This document shows, piece by piece, positions 20,332-29,170 of a stretch of 61,298 bases of DNA. Origin of the DNA: a virus (taxonomy: Duplodnaviria; Caudoviricetes); IMG/VR virus record IMGVR_UViG_3300047408_000236, positions 1 to 61,298 of that record; one strand, 5' to 3'. The notes under the pieces were generated by a model. That model was not told the DNA's origin. It made no database searches and saw only the letters and a list, made by a program, of their open reading frames with translations. Made by a program: the position numbers and the translations under genes. The stretch's first letter is position 1. The number at the start of each line of letters is the position of its first letter.

Positions 20332-21053
20332 CGGCCTGGGCGTTCACGCTCGCGTACAACGAGGCGCCGCTGATCCGGTATTGGGTTCGAGCCTATCGAG
20401 ATTTCTGCGACAAGGTCATCGTCTACGTTGACATTGGCTCAGATGACGGGACGGCTACGCTCGCGCGGCGTGAGGGCGCTGAGGTGCGGCCTTACGGACC
20501 AAGTGATCTGGACGACGTTGCCTTCGTTGCCTTCGCTCAGGAGCACTACAGAGAGGCGCGCGGCCATGCCGATTGGGTGATCTGGGTCGACGCCGACGAG
20601 ATTCTGTACCACCCGCACATCGAGCAGCGACTTGTCGAACTGCGCGCTCAGGGGGTGAACTTTCCGACCGTCGCGGGCTACAGCATGATGGCCGATCACC
20701 CGCCGACCGGACTGGATCAGATCTACGACCAGATCCAGACAGGTTTTCCTTCACGAGCGTACGGCAAGGTTTGCATCTTCGACCCGATGCTTGACGTTCA
20801 GTGGGCAACCGGCAAGCACACCGCGACTGCCGTCGGCGCCGTGTCTGATGATGGCTCAGACCCGTTGAAGTTGCTGCACTACCGCTGGCTGGGCGAGGAC
20901 TACTTTATGCAACGCAACTGGCGGAACTTCAGACGAGTGAACGCACTCAACAAGGCCATGCAGCACGGCAAGGAGATTTATCCCGGTTATCAAGGGGAGT
21001 ACAGCCCGCAGTGGTACGCCGAACGCCGCAGCATGGTCGAGGTTTGCGTATGA
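20328..21053 (+). CDS. Glycosyltransferase family 2-like
   Basis: YNEA..I, D.GSDDGT, WVIWVDADE, LLHY. Confidence 0.85.
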   Translation: MTAWAFTLAYNEAPLIRYWVRAYRDFCDKVIVYVDIGSDDGTATLARREGAEVRPYGPSDLDDVAFVAFAQEHYREARGHADWVIWVDADEILYHPHIEQRLVELRAQGVNFPTVAGYSMMADHPPTGLDQIYDQIQTGFPSRAYGKVCIFDPMLDVQWATGKHTATAVGAVSDDGSDPLKLLHYRWLGEDYFMQRNWRNFRRVNALNKAMQHGKEIYPGYQGEYSPQWYAERRSMVEVCV

Positions 21054-21451
21054 CTACGGGCGTGGCGTTCGCGGTTCAGGCATACGTCGAGGAACAGGCC
21101 CAGGATGTGGTGTCACTGCTCAAGGCGTGCGGCTGGCAGGATAACGCGATCCCGACGTACGAGGTTCTGGCTGAGGCTTCGATGACCGGCTGCGCGTTTG
21201 TCGCGGTCAGGGACGGTCACGTGGTCGGGTTCATTAGGGTGATCAGTGATGGCGAGGTGGTGTCGTACGTGACGGAGGTGGCCGTGGATGCAGGGGCAAG
21301 ATTCCAGGGGATCGGGCGAGCGCTGATTGACGCTGTGGCTGCCGAGTTCCCGAAGGCGCGCATCGATCTGCTGTCGACGTCGAGTGCGCAGGAGTTCTAC
21401 GACACTCTCTGCTTTACGCGGAAGTCTGGTTATCGGAGATGGCCGCAGTGA
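21050..21451 (+). CDS. GNAT-family acetyltransferase
   Basis: VGFIR, VAVD...RFQGIGRALI, AQEFY. Confidence 0.85.
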   Translation: MTTGVAFAVQAYVEEQAQDVVSLLKACGWQDNAIPTYEVLAEASMTGCAFVAVRDGHVVGFIRVISDGEVVSYVTEVAVDAGARFQGIGRALIDAVAAEFPKARIDLLSTSSAQEFYDTLCFTRKSGYRRWPQ

Positions 21452-22539
21452 TCCCCCTTTTCAAAGTGTTCATGGCTCCCGATGCCAAGGATCGAGCCGG
21501 GGTAACGCTCGATTCTGGGTACGTCGGCGAGGGTCCGCGCGTACAGGAGTTCGAGCAAGCGTTTGCTGAGTTGGTGGGTTTCTCTTCTCGCCCACCGCTC
21601 GCGCTCAACTCCTGTACGTCGGCGCTCGACCTGGCCTGTCACCTGACCGGTGTCGGGCTGGGCGACGAGGTCATCACTACGCCGATGACGTGTACGGCCA
21701 CAAACGGCGTGCTGGTGAATCGCGGCGCAAGGATTGTGTGGGCTGACGTGGACCCGCTGACCGGTCTGATTGATCCCGCGGATGTGGCTCGGAAAATCAC
21801 GCGGCGTACGCGCGCCATTATGGCCGTTGATTGGGCTGGTCGGTCATGCGATTACCGGGCGCTGCGCTTTTTTGGTCAGCCAGTTATTCAGGATGCAGCG
21901 CACAATCTGTTCATCGATCCTGAGAACTGCGGTCACTACGTGGCCTGGTCGTTCCAGGCCATCAAACACCTGACCACTGGTGATGGTGGTGCGTTGCTCG
22001 TACCAGCGGGGCAATATAACCGCGGCCGTCTGCTCCGTTGGTACGGGCTCGATCGCACGTCATCTGCCGACTTCCGATGCTCGCAGGACATCAAAGAGGC
22101 TGGCTTCAAGTACCACATGAACGACATCGCCGCCAGCATTGGGTTGGCCAACCTGCCCCATGTCGCAGAACTCGTGGCTCACCACCGCGAGAATGCGGCG
22201 TGGTTCTCCCAGAGCCTCCAGGGCGTGCCGGGCATCACACTACCTCCTGCTGATCCCGGCTCGTCCTGGTGGCTGTATTGCCTGCTGGCCGATGACCGAG
22301 CGTCCTTGATCGATCATCTGGCCAGCCGCGGCATAAGTGCAAGTCCCGTGCACCGACGTAACGATACCCACCCGGCTTTCTACTACCCAAACGGTCCGCT
22401 ACCCGGCGTCGACCACTTCGCCGATCACGAGGTTGCCATCCCTGTGGGCTGGTGGATCTCTGAGAATGATCGGGGGCGGATCGTGGCGGCCGTACTCGAG
22501 TGGTCGCACTCGCGTCAATTGGTTGGAGCTGCGGCATGA
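21439..22539 (+). CDS. DegT/DnrJ/EryC1/StrS sugar aminotransferase (Lys-type)
   Basis: NSCTSAL, GDEVIT, DAAH, SFQAIKHLTTGDGG, GFKYHMND. Confidence 0.9.
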   Translation: MAAVIPLFKVFMAPDAKDRAGVTLDSGYVGEGPRVQEFEQAFAELVGFSSRPPLALNSCTSALDLACHLTGVGLGDEVITTPMTCTATNGVLVNRGARIVWADVDPLTGLIDPADVARKITRRTRAIMAVDWAGRSCDYRALRFFGQPVIQDAAHNLFIDPENCGHYVAWSFQAIKHLTTGDGGALLVPAGQYNRGRLLRWYGLDRTSSADFRCSQDIKEAGFKYHMNDIAASIGLANLPHVAELVAHHRENAAWFSQSLQGVPGITLPPADPGSSWWLYCLLADDRASLIDHLASRGISASPVHRRNDTHPAFYYPNGPLPGVDHFADHEVAIPVGWWISENDRGRIVAAVLEWSHSRQLVGAAA

Positions 22540-22628
22540 CGCTCGTCCGATTTCCGACGCGACCTGATCGCGCCAAGCCGCCCATGAAGCCTAAGCCCAA
22601 GCCGAAGCCACCGAAGCGACCCTACTGA
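22536..22628 (+). CDS. 30-aa Pro/Lys-rich peptide
   Basis: ATGA overlap upstream and TGATG overlap downstream; MTLVRFPTRPDRAKPPMKPKPKPKPPKRPY. Confidence 0.5.
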   Translation: MTLVRFPTRPDRAKPPMKPKPKPKPPKRPY

Positions 22629-23263
22629 TGAGCGCTAACCTCTACGCGTCTGTCTCCGAACTCAGGGACCGTCTTGGCCTGACGGATACCGACCAGGACT
22701 TCATGCTCGACCACGCCCTGCAGTCGGCTTCACGGTGGATCGACAAGACTCTTGGCCGAAGGTTCTTCACGACGGCCGCGGATGAGATCCGCTACTTCAC
22801 GGCGTGTAATGCGTACTGGTATCTCGAAACAGGCGATCTTCTGAGTGTGACCACGCTCGCCACAGACGCGAACGGCGATGGCATCTTTGAGACAACGTGG
22901 ACGGTTACCACCGACTACTGGCTCGGGCCGCGGAACGCGCCGCTTGACAGTGAGCCGTATACCTGCATCAACAAGAACTGGACATCAGGACGGTATACGT
23001 TCCCTGCCTGGCAGGATGCCGTACAGATCACCGGCAAGTTTGGTTATTGCACGCTGGCTAACGTGCCGCCGCAGATTCGCGAGCTGACCCTGTCACTTGC
23101 CGAAACCGGCACAGGCTCGGTCGGAGGTGGTGACCTCGCTATCCCCGGCGTGCAGAGTTACAAGATCGGGACCGAATTGTCGGTGACAATGGGCAGCACC
23201 AAACTCGCCGACTCGAATCTGTCGGTCCTCACCCAGTTCCGGCGTGGCGGCTTCGTCACCTAG
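22628..23263 (+). CDS. Head-tail connector/adaptor
   Basis: YASVSEL...LG, ASR.ID...GR.F, V.ITG.FGY...VP..I. Confidence 0.8.
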   Translation: MSANLYASVSELRDRLGLTDTDQDFMLDHALQSASRWIDKTLGRRFFTTAADEIRYFTACNAYWYLETGDLLSVTTLATDANGDGIFETTWTVTTDYWLGPRNAPLDSEPYTCINKNWTSGRYTFPAWQDAVQITGKFGYCTLANVPPQIRELTLSLAETGTGSVGGGDLAIPGVQSYKIGTELSVTMGSTKLADSNLSVLTQFRRGGFVT

Positions 23264-23626
23264 ATGGCGATTCCCGGTCTGGCTGGCCAGGCTCGTCTGA
23301 AAGCAGCCCTGGCTCGGACGTTCAATGCGAGCGCAACCATCATGCGTAAGGCGCAGGTTGCCGACAACACTGGCGGCTACACCGATACCTACGTCGTCGA
23401 GGCGACACATCCGTGCTCGTTCTCGCGGTCGCAGATTACACCGGTCGAACGGGAAAACGCCGTCCAGGTGCGGGCGATATCGTTTTGGACATTCGTATTT
23501 GCGGCCGGGACCGACATCTTGACCACGGATCGCATTGTGGTCGGCAGCCGAACCTTCGAGGTTGTCTCATCAGCAACCGGCAGTCTCGAACTCGCAACCC
23601 GCGTCGTCTGCCAGGAAATCACCTAG
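23264..23626 (+). CDS. Head closure (stopper) protein
   Basis: D..GG, GTDI..TDRI.V..RTFEV; synteny. Confidence 0.75.
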   Translation: MAIPGLAGQARLKAALARTFNASATIMRKAQVADNTGGYTDTYVVEATHPCSFSRSQITPVERENAVQVRAISFWTFVFAAGTDILTTDRIVVGSRTFEVVSSATGSLELATRVVCQEIT

Positions 23627-23716
23627 TTACAGTCCGCCGCTCACGCGGTAGCTTGGCACGCGCCAGTTCTCTGGCTCCTGACAAGAACCTAGCAGAAGGA
23701 GTCAGGACACACCGTT

Positions 23717-24076
23717 ATGGCCCGTTCACTTCTCACCCCGACTACTACCGCCGCGACGGGCGTCGTGCTCGCATCTGCTGTTGCAGTTGATTCGGGCAAC
23801 GGCAACGAATGGACGAATACCGGCCGGTCGCTCATCGAGATTTTCAATAACTCGGCATCCGCAATCACCGCGACATTCGTCACGAACGGCACCTACAGCG
23901 TCGGCACCACGGCCTACGCCATCGCAGATGACGTAGTAGTGGTGGCGGCGAGCGCGACGATGGCGGCTGGCCCGTTCGATACCGCGCTCTACAACTCGAC
24001 CACGTCGACGGTTCAGGTGAACTGGTCAAGCGGCACGAGCATCACCGCGCGCGTGATCCTGCTCGGCGCCTCCTGA
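23717..24076 (+). CDS. Putative virion structural protein
   Basis: Thr/Ala-rich beta protein with strong RBS, in the neck region. Confidence 0.55.
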   Translation: MARSLLTPTTTAATGVVLASAVAVDSGNGNEWTNTGRSLIEIFNNSASAITATFVTNGTYSVGTTAYAIADDVVVVAASATMAAGPFDTALYNSTTSTVQVNWSSGTSITARVILLGAS

Positions 24077-24080
24077 TCCA

Positions 24081-24539
24081 ATGCCAGCCGGTTCGATAAC
24101 GGCCAGCATTGTTGTGCGGTCTAACCATATTGGCACGTTGGTCACACACCTCGAACAGCGGATGCACGAGATTGTCGACGAGGCGGCCGGGCAGGTTCAA
24201 ACTCGTGCTAGTCAGATCGCACCCGTCGATACCGGCGCGCTCCGAAACAGTATCTACGTCAACAATGGCGATGCCAGCGACTACAGCCAGCGTGTCGGTA
24301 CGGCCCAATCACTCAATCCTGACATGGTGGCGCTCGAGGAGATCACCCCCGAGTTTGTTATCTCCGTATCCACGTCACCTGGTGACGAGTCATACCTTTC
24401 GGTTGTTGGCGTGGCGGCTGATTACGGACTCTTCCAGGAGCTGGGTACCAGTCGGAACCGTGCACAGCCGTTCATGCTGCCGTCGGCGCTCGGAGCGCAG
24501 GGTGATTTCGAAACGGCTATGACGCACATAGCAGAGTGA
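24081..24539 (+). CDS. HK97 gp10-like tail completion/neck protein
   Basis: APVDTGALRNSI, Y..FQELGT....AQPFMLP. Confidence 0.88.
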   Translation: MPAGSITASIVVRSNHIGTLVTHLEQRMHEIVDEAAGQVQTRASQIAPVDTGALRNSIYVNNGDASDYSQRVGTAQSLNPDMVALEEITPEFVISVSTSPGDESYLSVVGVAADYGLFQELGTSRNRAQPFMLPSALGAQGDFETAMTHIAE

Positions 24540-24543
24540 GTTC

Positions 24544-24981
24544 GTGAGCGCAGATATCTCGCGCATCGATCAGTGGATTTACGGCATTTTGGGCGGCGAT
24601 GTCACGTTGTCCACTGCGGTCAGCAATCGGGTATACGGCGATATGGCGCCACAGGGCGCCTCGATGCCGCTGGTGTTGTTCTCCTACCTGGGTGGTGCAG
24701 ATAAGGTGCTGACGCTGCGTACGCGGCTGACGAACGCGATCTATCTGATTCGAGCCGTGGCTACTGGCTCGTCGTACAACACGGTCGAGTCGATCGCGGA
24801 CCGCATGGACTTGCTGCTCACCACAGCGTTGCCTGATCTCGGCGTTGTGGTGCGTGACATTCGGGTGTCGTCCTGTACGCGCGAGCAGCCGCACCAGCGG
24901 AAGGATATGGAGAACGGCGTCCCGACCGTATACCTGGGCGGGTTCTACCGCATTCGGTACCAGCCACTCGTGGTCGTATGA
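24544..24981 (+). CDS. Tail terminator protein (DUF3168-like)
   Basis: RVY...AP.GA..P.V; synteny before the tail tube gene. Confidence 0.7.
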   Translation: MSADISRIDQWIYGILGGDVTLSTAVSNRVYGDMAPQGASMPLVLFSYLGGADKVLTLRTRLTNAIYLIRAVATGSSYNTVESIADRMDLLLTTALPDLGVVVRDIRVSSCTREQPHQRKDMENGVPTVYLGGFYRIRYQPLVVV

Positions 24982-25241
24982 CCGATGAGCGCGAGTTCTG
25001 GATTCAGGTACGGCGCGGATTGTCCATTGTCACGCACGCGATTGATGAGGAGCGTGCTCAAGATCAATTCTGGGCGACCATACTCCGCGGTTTGAACATT
25101 GTCGTCAGAGCGATTGAAGTCCGCTGGCGGTTACCGCACAGCAGCATTCGCACCATAGGTCAAATTCCCGAGCCACCGGCTGAACCGCTCGCTCGATCTG
25201 AAGAAAGGATCGGGCAATCGGATGCCATTCAGCTCAGGTAA
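24978..25241 (+). CDS. Hypothetical protein with internal duplication
   Basis: FWIQVRRGLSIV..AI repeated as FWATILRGLNIV.RAI. Confidence 0.5.
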   Translation: MTDEREFWIQVRRGLSIVTHAIDEERAQDQFWATILRGLNIVVRAIEVRWRLPHSSIRTIGQIPEPPAEPLARSEERIGQSDAIQLR

Positions 25242-25617
25242 TATCGCAACCTTCTCGCTCGGCGGCAATGATCTCAGCGCGTACACGACGAGCGTCACGC
25301 TGCACCTCGAACGCAACATCAGCGATATCAACCCTATCGGCGGCAACGCCATCAGCAAGCTGGTCGGACCCTACGGCGGCACGATCAGTCTTGAGGGTGG
25401 CTACGATCCGGTAGTCGACGCCATCCTGTCGGCGTACATGCTGGCTGCTACCCCGGCGTCGTTGGCGTTCGTCTATCGACCAGCAGGTTCAGGAGGTGGC
25501 ACTCGGGCAGTTGGGGGGAACTGCTATATGTCCACGTATGAAACGGCAACGCCGGGGGATGACACGGCCACGTGGACGGCGGAACTGGCAATCAATGGGA
25601 CTGTAACTAACGCGTAG
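25222..25617 (+). CDS. Major tail tube protein (putative)
   Basis: 131-aa beta-rich protein with RBS GAAGAAAGGA; between terminator and chaperone. Confidence 0.7.
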   Translation: MPFSSGNIATFSLGGNDLSAYTTSVTLHLERNISDINPIGGNAISKLVGPYGGTISLEGGYDPVVDAILSAYMLAATPASLAFVYRPAGSGGGTRAVGGNCYMSTYETATPGDDTATWTAELAINGTVTNA

Positions 25618-25995
25618 TCAGCGTACGTGCTCGAAGGCTATCCAGCCGGCCTTGCCGTACTGGGGGCCTTCCATCACGCGCACTTTCATGGCGTACCAGC
25701 CCTGCTCGAGCACGAGCAATCGTGTTCCGTTGGCTACGGGGAAGATGCGCTCCTGGCGTATCAACTCCCGTAGGCCAATCTCATCCTTAGCCGCTACTGC
25801 CTTGGCGTACGCATCCTGGCTCACCGCGGTTTCGGATAGATACCACTCGTTGCCTTGCCTCGCCCAGAGCCGGGCTTCCTGGCCAACGGCCAGACGCGCC
25901 GGCTCTGGGGTGCTCGTAGGTCGCGGGGGCGAACCAGGCGTGGCTGAGCAGGCGGTTATCCCAACGAGCAGGATGCCGCACAGCCACAGGCGCAT
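25618..25995 (-). CDS. Putative lipoprotein (antisense moron)
   Basis: MRLWLCGILLVGITAC lipobox-like signal, PT-rich linker, SH3-like end (KVRV..G...GKAGWI). Confidence 0.7.
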   Translation of the reverse strand: MRLWLCGILLVGITACSATPGSPPRPTSTPEPARLAVGQEARLWARQGNEWYLSETAVSQDAYAKAVAAKDEIGLRELIRQERIFPVANGTRLLVLEQGWYAMKVRVMEGPQYGKAGWIAFEHVR

Positions 25996-26062
25996 AGCCG
26001 GCGCAGCGTACGGGACGACGGTCGACCTGTCAACTTGAACCATTCCCCCTTGAGGAGGGCGC

Positions 26063-26503
26063 ATGAGTTTCGATACCCAACCACCACACATGCTGACGAT
26101 CGACGAGATCTGGGCCGCCAAGGACATCGAGGAGCGGGTTGTGCCCGTTCCACAGTGGGGTGGCGCCGTCAAGATTCGAACGCTGAGCCAGAAGCAATCG
26201 GCCGATCTACGTCGGAAGGCCCAGCGCATCAACCCAGTGACCAAGCAGTCCGAACTCGATAACGAGGCGCTCGAGCAATTGCTATTCATCGAGGGCGTGA
26301 TCGAGCCGCAGTTCAGCATCACGGACTATGGACGGCTTAGCGAAAAGTCGATGGCGGCCGTGACGACCGTGCTCAAGGCGATCATGGACGCTTCCGGCTT
26401 CAGTGGGGAGAGTGTAAACGAGGCAACTAAAAGCCCTGTTGAGGGATCCCTCGCTGCGGTTCGAGTACACACTGGCGAAGATGCTGGGGATGACGAGGGC
26501 TGA
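26063..26503 (+). CDS. Tail assembly chaperone (gpG-like)
   Basis: V.VP.WGG.V.IR.LS; RBS GAGGAGGG; position before the tape measure. Confidence 0.75.
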   Translation: MSFDTQPPHMLTIDEIWAAKDIEERVVPVPQWGGAVKIRTLSQKQSADLRRKAQRINPVTKQSELDNEALEQLLFIEGVIEPQFSITDYGRLSEKSMAAVTTVLKAIMDASGFSGESVNEATKSPVEGSLAAVRVHTGEDAGDDEG

Positions 26504-26648
26504 ATTGGTGACTCGGATGAGCGGCTCAGAGTTCGCTCACTGGGTGGCGTACCACATCCTCGAGCGTCGAGACGAAGAGCGTGCTATGCGTCAGGCCAGG
26601 AACAAGCAGCAGGCGCAACGGCTGAGTAAACAGGTGAATCGGGGTTAG
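26439..26648 (+). CDS. Tail assembly chaperone second frame (gpT-like)
   Basis: LA..LGMT..EL...MS..EF..W.AY pattern; overlaps gpG-like gene. Confidence 0.65.
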   Translation: MRDPSLRFEYTLAKMLGMTRAELVTRMSGSEFAHWVAYHILERRDEERAMRQARNKQQAQRLSKQVNRG

Positions 26649-26651
26649 CCG

Positions 26652-28829
26652 ATGCCTGTGCCAATTGCCGAGCTCTTCGTATCGGTGGGCGCCGATATCT
26701 CTGGTGCCACTCGCGGTCTGAGCCAACTGAACTCGCAACTTAACAATATTGGTAGTAATGCCGGAGCGGGGTTCAGTCTTGCGAACGTCGGCAAGAACCT
26801 CAGGACTATTGGGAGTCAGGCCAAGACCACGGGGTTCAACCTGACGCAAGACCTGACCGCGCCGATCCTGGGTATAAGTGCAGCGGTGTTCGGCGCAGGC
26901 TCAGATTTCGAGCACGCGTTTACCGAAGTCAAGCGTACGGTCACCGGTCTGGACGACACGCAACTCCAGGACTTGCGAAAAGATCTACTGGATATGAGCA
27001 AGACTCCCGCCGGCGGTCTGAAGACTGCTTCAGAACTGGCAGAGATTGCTGCGGTTGGCGGTCAACTCGGGCTCGCCGGCGGCGATATCAAGCAGTTCAC
27101 TTCGTTAGTAGCACGCCTTAGTTTGGCTACTAACCTGCCTTTTGCTCAGGTTGCTGACGATGTTGGCCGTGCGATCAACGTTCTCGGGTTGGCAAGTAGC
27201 GACTTCGAGCGGTTTGGGTCTGTCATTACTAAACTAGGAAATGACTTCGGCGGAACTGAAGCCGACATTCTGGAATTCAGCCGAAGGTTGGGCGGCACAC
27301 TGTCCTCACTCGGAGTGAAGCCGGCACAGATTGAGGCAATCGGCGCTGCCTTATCGGCGGCAGGGGTGCTTCCAGAGGCAGGCGCTACAGCGGTCAACCA
27401 GTTCTTCGTCGACATGGTCAATAGCCTGAATGAGACGAGTGGCGCATCTGAGGAGACGAAGCAGAAGCTCCAGAATTTGAAGGACACGATTTCTGATCTG
27501 AGCAGCAACCTCGAAGTAGCCTCGCTTCGTCAGAAAGAGTTTGGACGTAATACCCCGGCGTCAGTTGTCAAGGCCAATCAACTTGCGATACAGAAGTATC
27601 AGCGTGACCTTGGTCAGGCCAATACGAAGTTGGATGCGTTCTCGCAGACGTCGGCCGAAGGAACGCTGAATATCGGTGGCATGGCTAAGGTTGCCGGAGT
27701 CACTGATGAAGAATTCCGCAACCTTATCAAGACCGACCCAGCACGTGCCTTCGCGAGTTTCGTGGATGGATTACGTCGGATTCAACACTCCGCTGGCGGG
27801 CCAGCAGCGGTTACCAAGACGCTCGAAGAACTGGGTATCACAGGTGACCGACAGCGGGAAACGTTCCTCAACCTGGCCAACGCTCAACAAGATGTCACGT
27901 CGGCACTGAACATAGCCGAGCCTGCATGGAACAAGCAGACTGCGCTATCAGACGAAGTCGCTACCGCTATGGAGGACATGAAGAATCAGATCAAACTGGC
28001 TGCCAATGTCTTTCAAACATCACTGATCGATGCGTTCGACAAGCAAAGGCCAGCGATCCAGGCGCTCGTTGACCAGATCAATACCGACCTGATCCCAGCC
28101 TTCAAGAATCTAGTCGATTCGATTCCTGTATTGTCACCTGATGCGCTCAAAGCCCTTGGTGCATTGGCAGCGCTCGGTCCGGCGATTATTGCATTAGGTG
28201 CAGCGCTGTCGATCGTAGGTGCCATCATCCTTGTCCTGAGCGCTCCGTTAACACTGCCCATCATCGCCGTGCTCGCTGGCTTGGCGTTGGTGTTCGGGTT
28301 GGTCGCTGCAAATAAAGATACGATCAATAACGCCTTCGATAACATCGTCGCTGGAGCCAAGACGTGGGGCACCGATTTCAATAACGCGCTGCAGGCAGCA
28401 ATCCTTGGAGCGGGCTCGATCTTCTCGGCGTTCGGCACGTTCCTGGACGGCTTCTTCAATACAGTCATCTTGCCGATTTTCCAGCGATTCCCGGCCTGGA
28501 TTTTGGAACACGTGCTCGGCCCAGTCATTGGGCTACTCGAATTCTTACAAACTCTCGGGATCACCAGTATTCCCGGTGTAACCGCTGATCTCGGGGCAAC
28601 GATCGCCGATCTGAAGGCAAAGCAGACCGCTGCGGCGGCTACGGCCGGTGGTGCCCAAAACGCTATCAACGTGACGATCAATAACCCGATGGTCACGAGT
28701 CAGAATCTACTTGACCAGCTCGCGACCAATGTATCGAACGCAGTCACGACCGCGCTTATCACAGCTGAGAAGAGCGTGATCATCGCGCCACAGCCGTTGC
28801 CTGGCCATGTTCCGGGTACGCCGTTCTAA
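26652..28829 (+). CDS. Tape measure protein (TP901-like)
   Basis: 725 aa, helical, Ala-rich; IAELFV.V.AD start; hydrophobic segment near the C-terminus. Confidence 0.92.
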   Translation: MPVPIAELFVSVGADISGATRGLSQLNSQLNNIGSNAGAGFSLANVGKNLRTIGSQAKTTGFNLTQDLTAPILGISAAVFGAGSDFEHAFTEVKRTVTGLDDTQLQDLRKDLLDMSKTPAGGLKTASELAEIAAVGGQLGLAGGDIKQFTSLVARLSLATNLPFAQVADDVGRAINVLGLASSDFERFGSVITKLGNDFGGTEADILEFSRRLGGTLSSLGVKPAQIEAIGAALSAAGVLPEAGATAVNQFFVDMVNSLNETSGASEETKQKLQNLKDTISDLSSNLEVASLRQKEFGRNTPASVVKANQLAIQKYQRDLGQANTKLDAFSQTSAEGTLNIGGMAKVAGVTDEEFRNLIKTDPARAFASFVDGLRRIQHSAGGPAAVTKTLEELGITGDRQRETFLNLANAQQDVTSALNIAEPAWNKQTALSDEVATAMEDMKNQIKLAANVFQTSLIDAFDKQRPAIQALVDQINTDLIPAFKNLVDSIPVLSPDALKALGALAALGPAIIALGAALSIVGAIILVLSAPLTLPIIAVLAGLALVFGLVAANKDTINNAFDNIVAGAKTWGTDFNNALQAAILGAGSIFSAFGTFLDGFFNTVILPIFQRFPAWILEHVLGPVIGLLEFLQTLGITSIPGVTADLGATIADLKAKQTAAAATAGGAQNAINVTINNPMVTSQNLLDQLATNVSNAVTTALITAEKSVIIAPQPLPGHVPGTPF

Positions 28830-29170
28830 TGTCGTCATTCAGCAGCGGCTCCGTAAACGTGACGTTCACGGTTGACCGAGAGAGTTTCAGCGAGCAGCGG
28901 GATGCGCGAGTAGCAACTCAGGAGATCCCTGGCGGTAACGAGTTCACGGTCGACCTCGCTGGCCGCCAACCGCACAAGATCTCCGTGAAAGCCATCCTGC
29001 CGAACGAGACATCATGGGGTGCCATGAACTCGGCGCTAGGCACGACCGGCTCGTTGCAGATCGACACTTTGAATACACACGACGTGGTAGTCATGAGCGT
29101 GAGTCGGGATGCGCCGTATATTGACGGGCAGATATCGGCCAGCATTGCGTTTCTCGTCACCGACGACTGA
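28829..29170 (+). CDS. Putative distal tail protein
   Basis: Directly after the tape measure; IPGG motif. Confidence 0.55.
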   Translation: MSSFSSGSVNVTFTVDRESFSEQRDARVATQEIPGGNEFTVDLAGRQPHKISVKAILPNETSWGAMNSALGTTGSLQIDTLNTHDVVVMSVSRDAPYIDGQISASIAFLVTDD

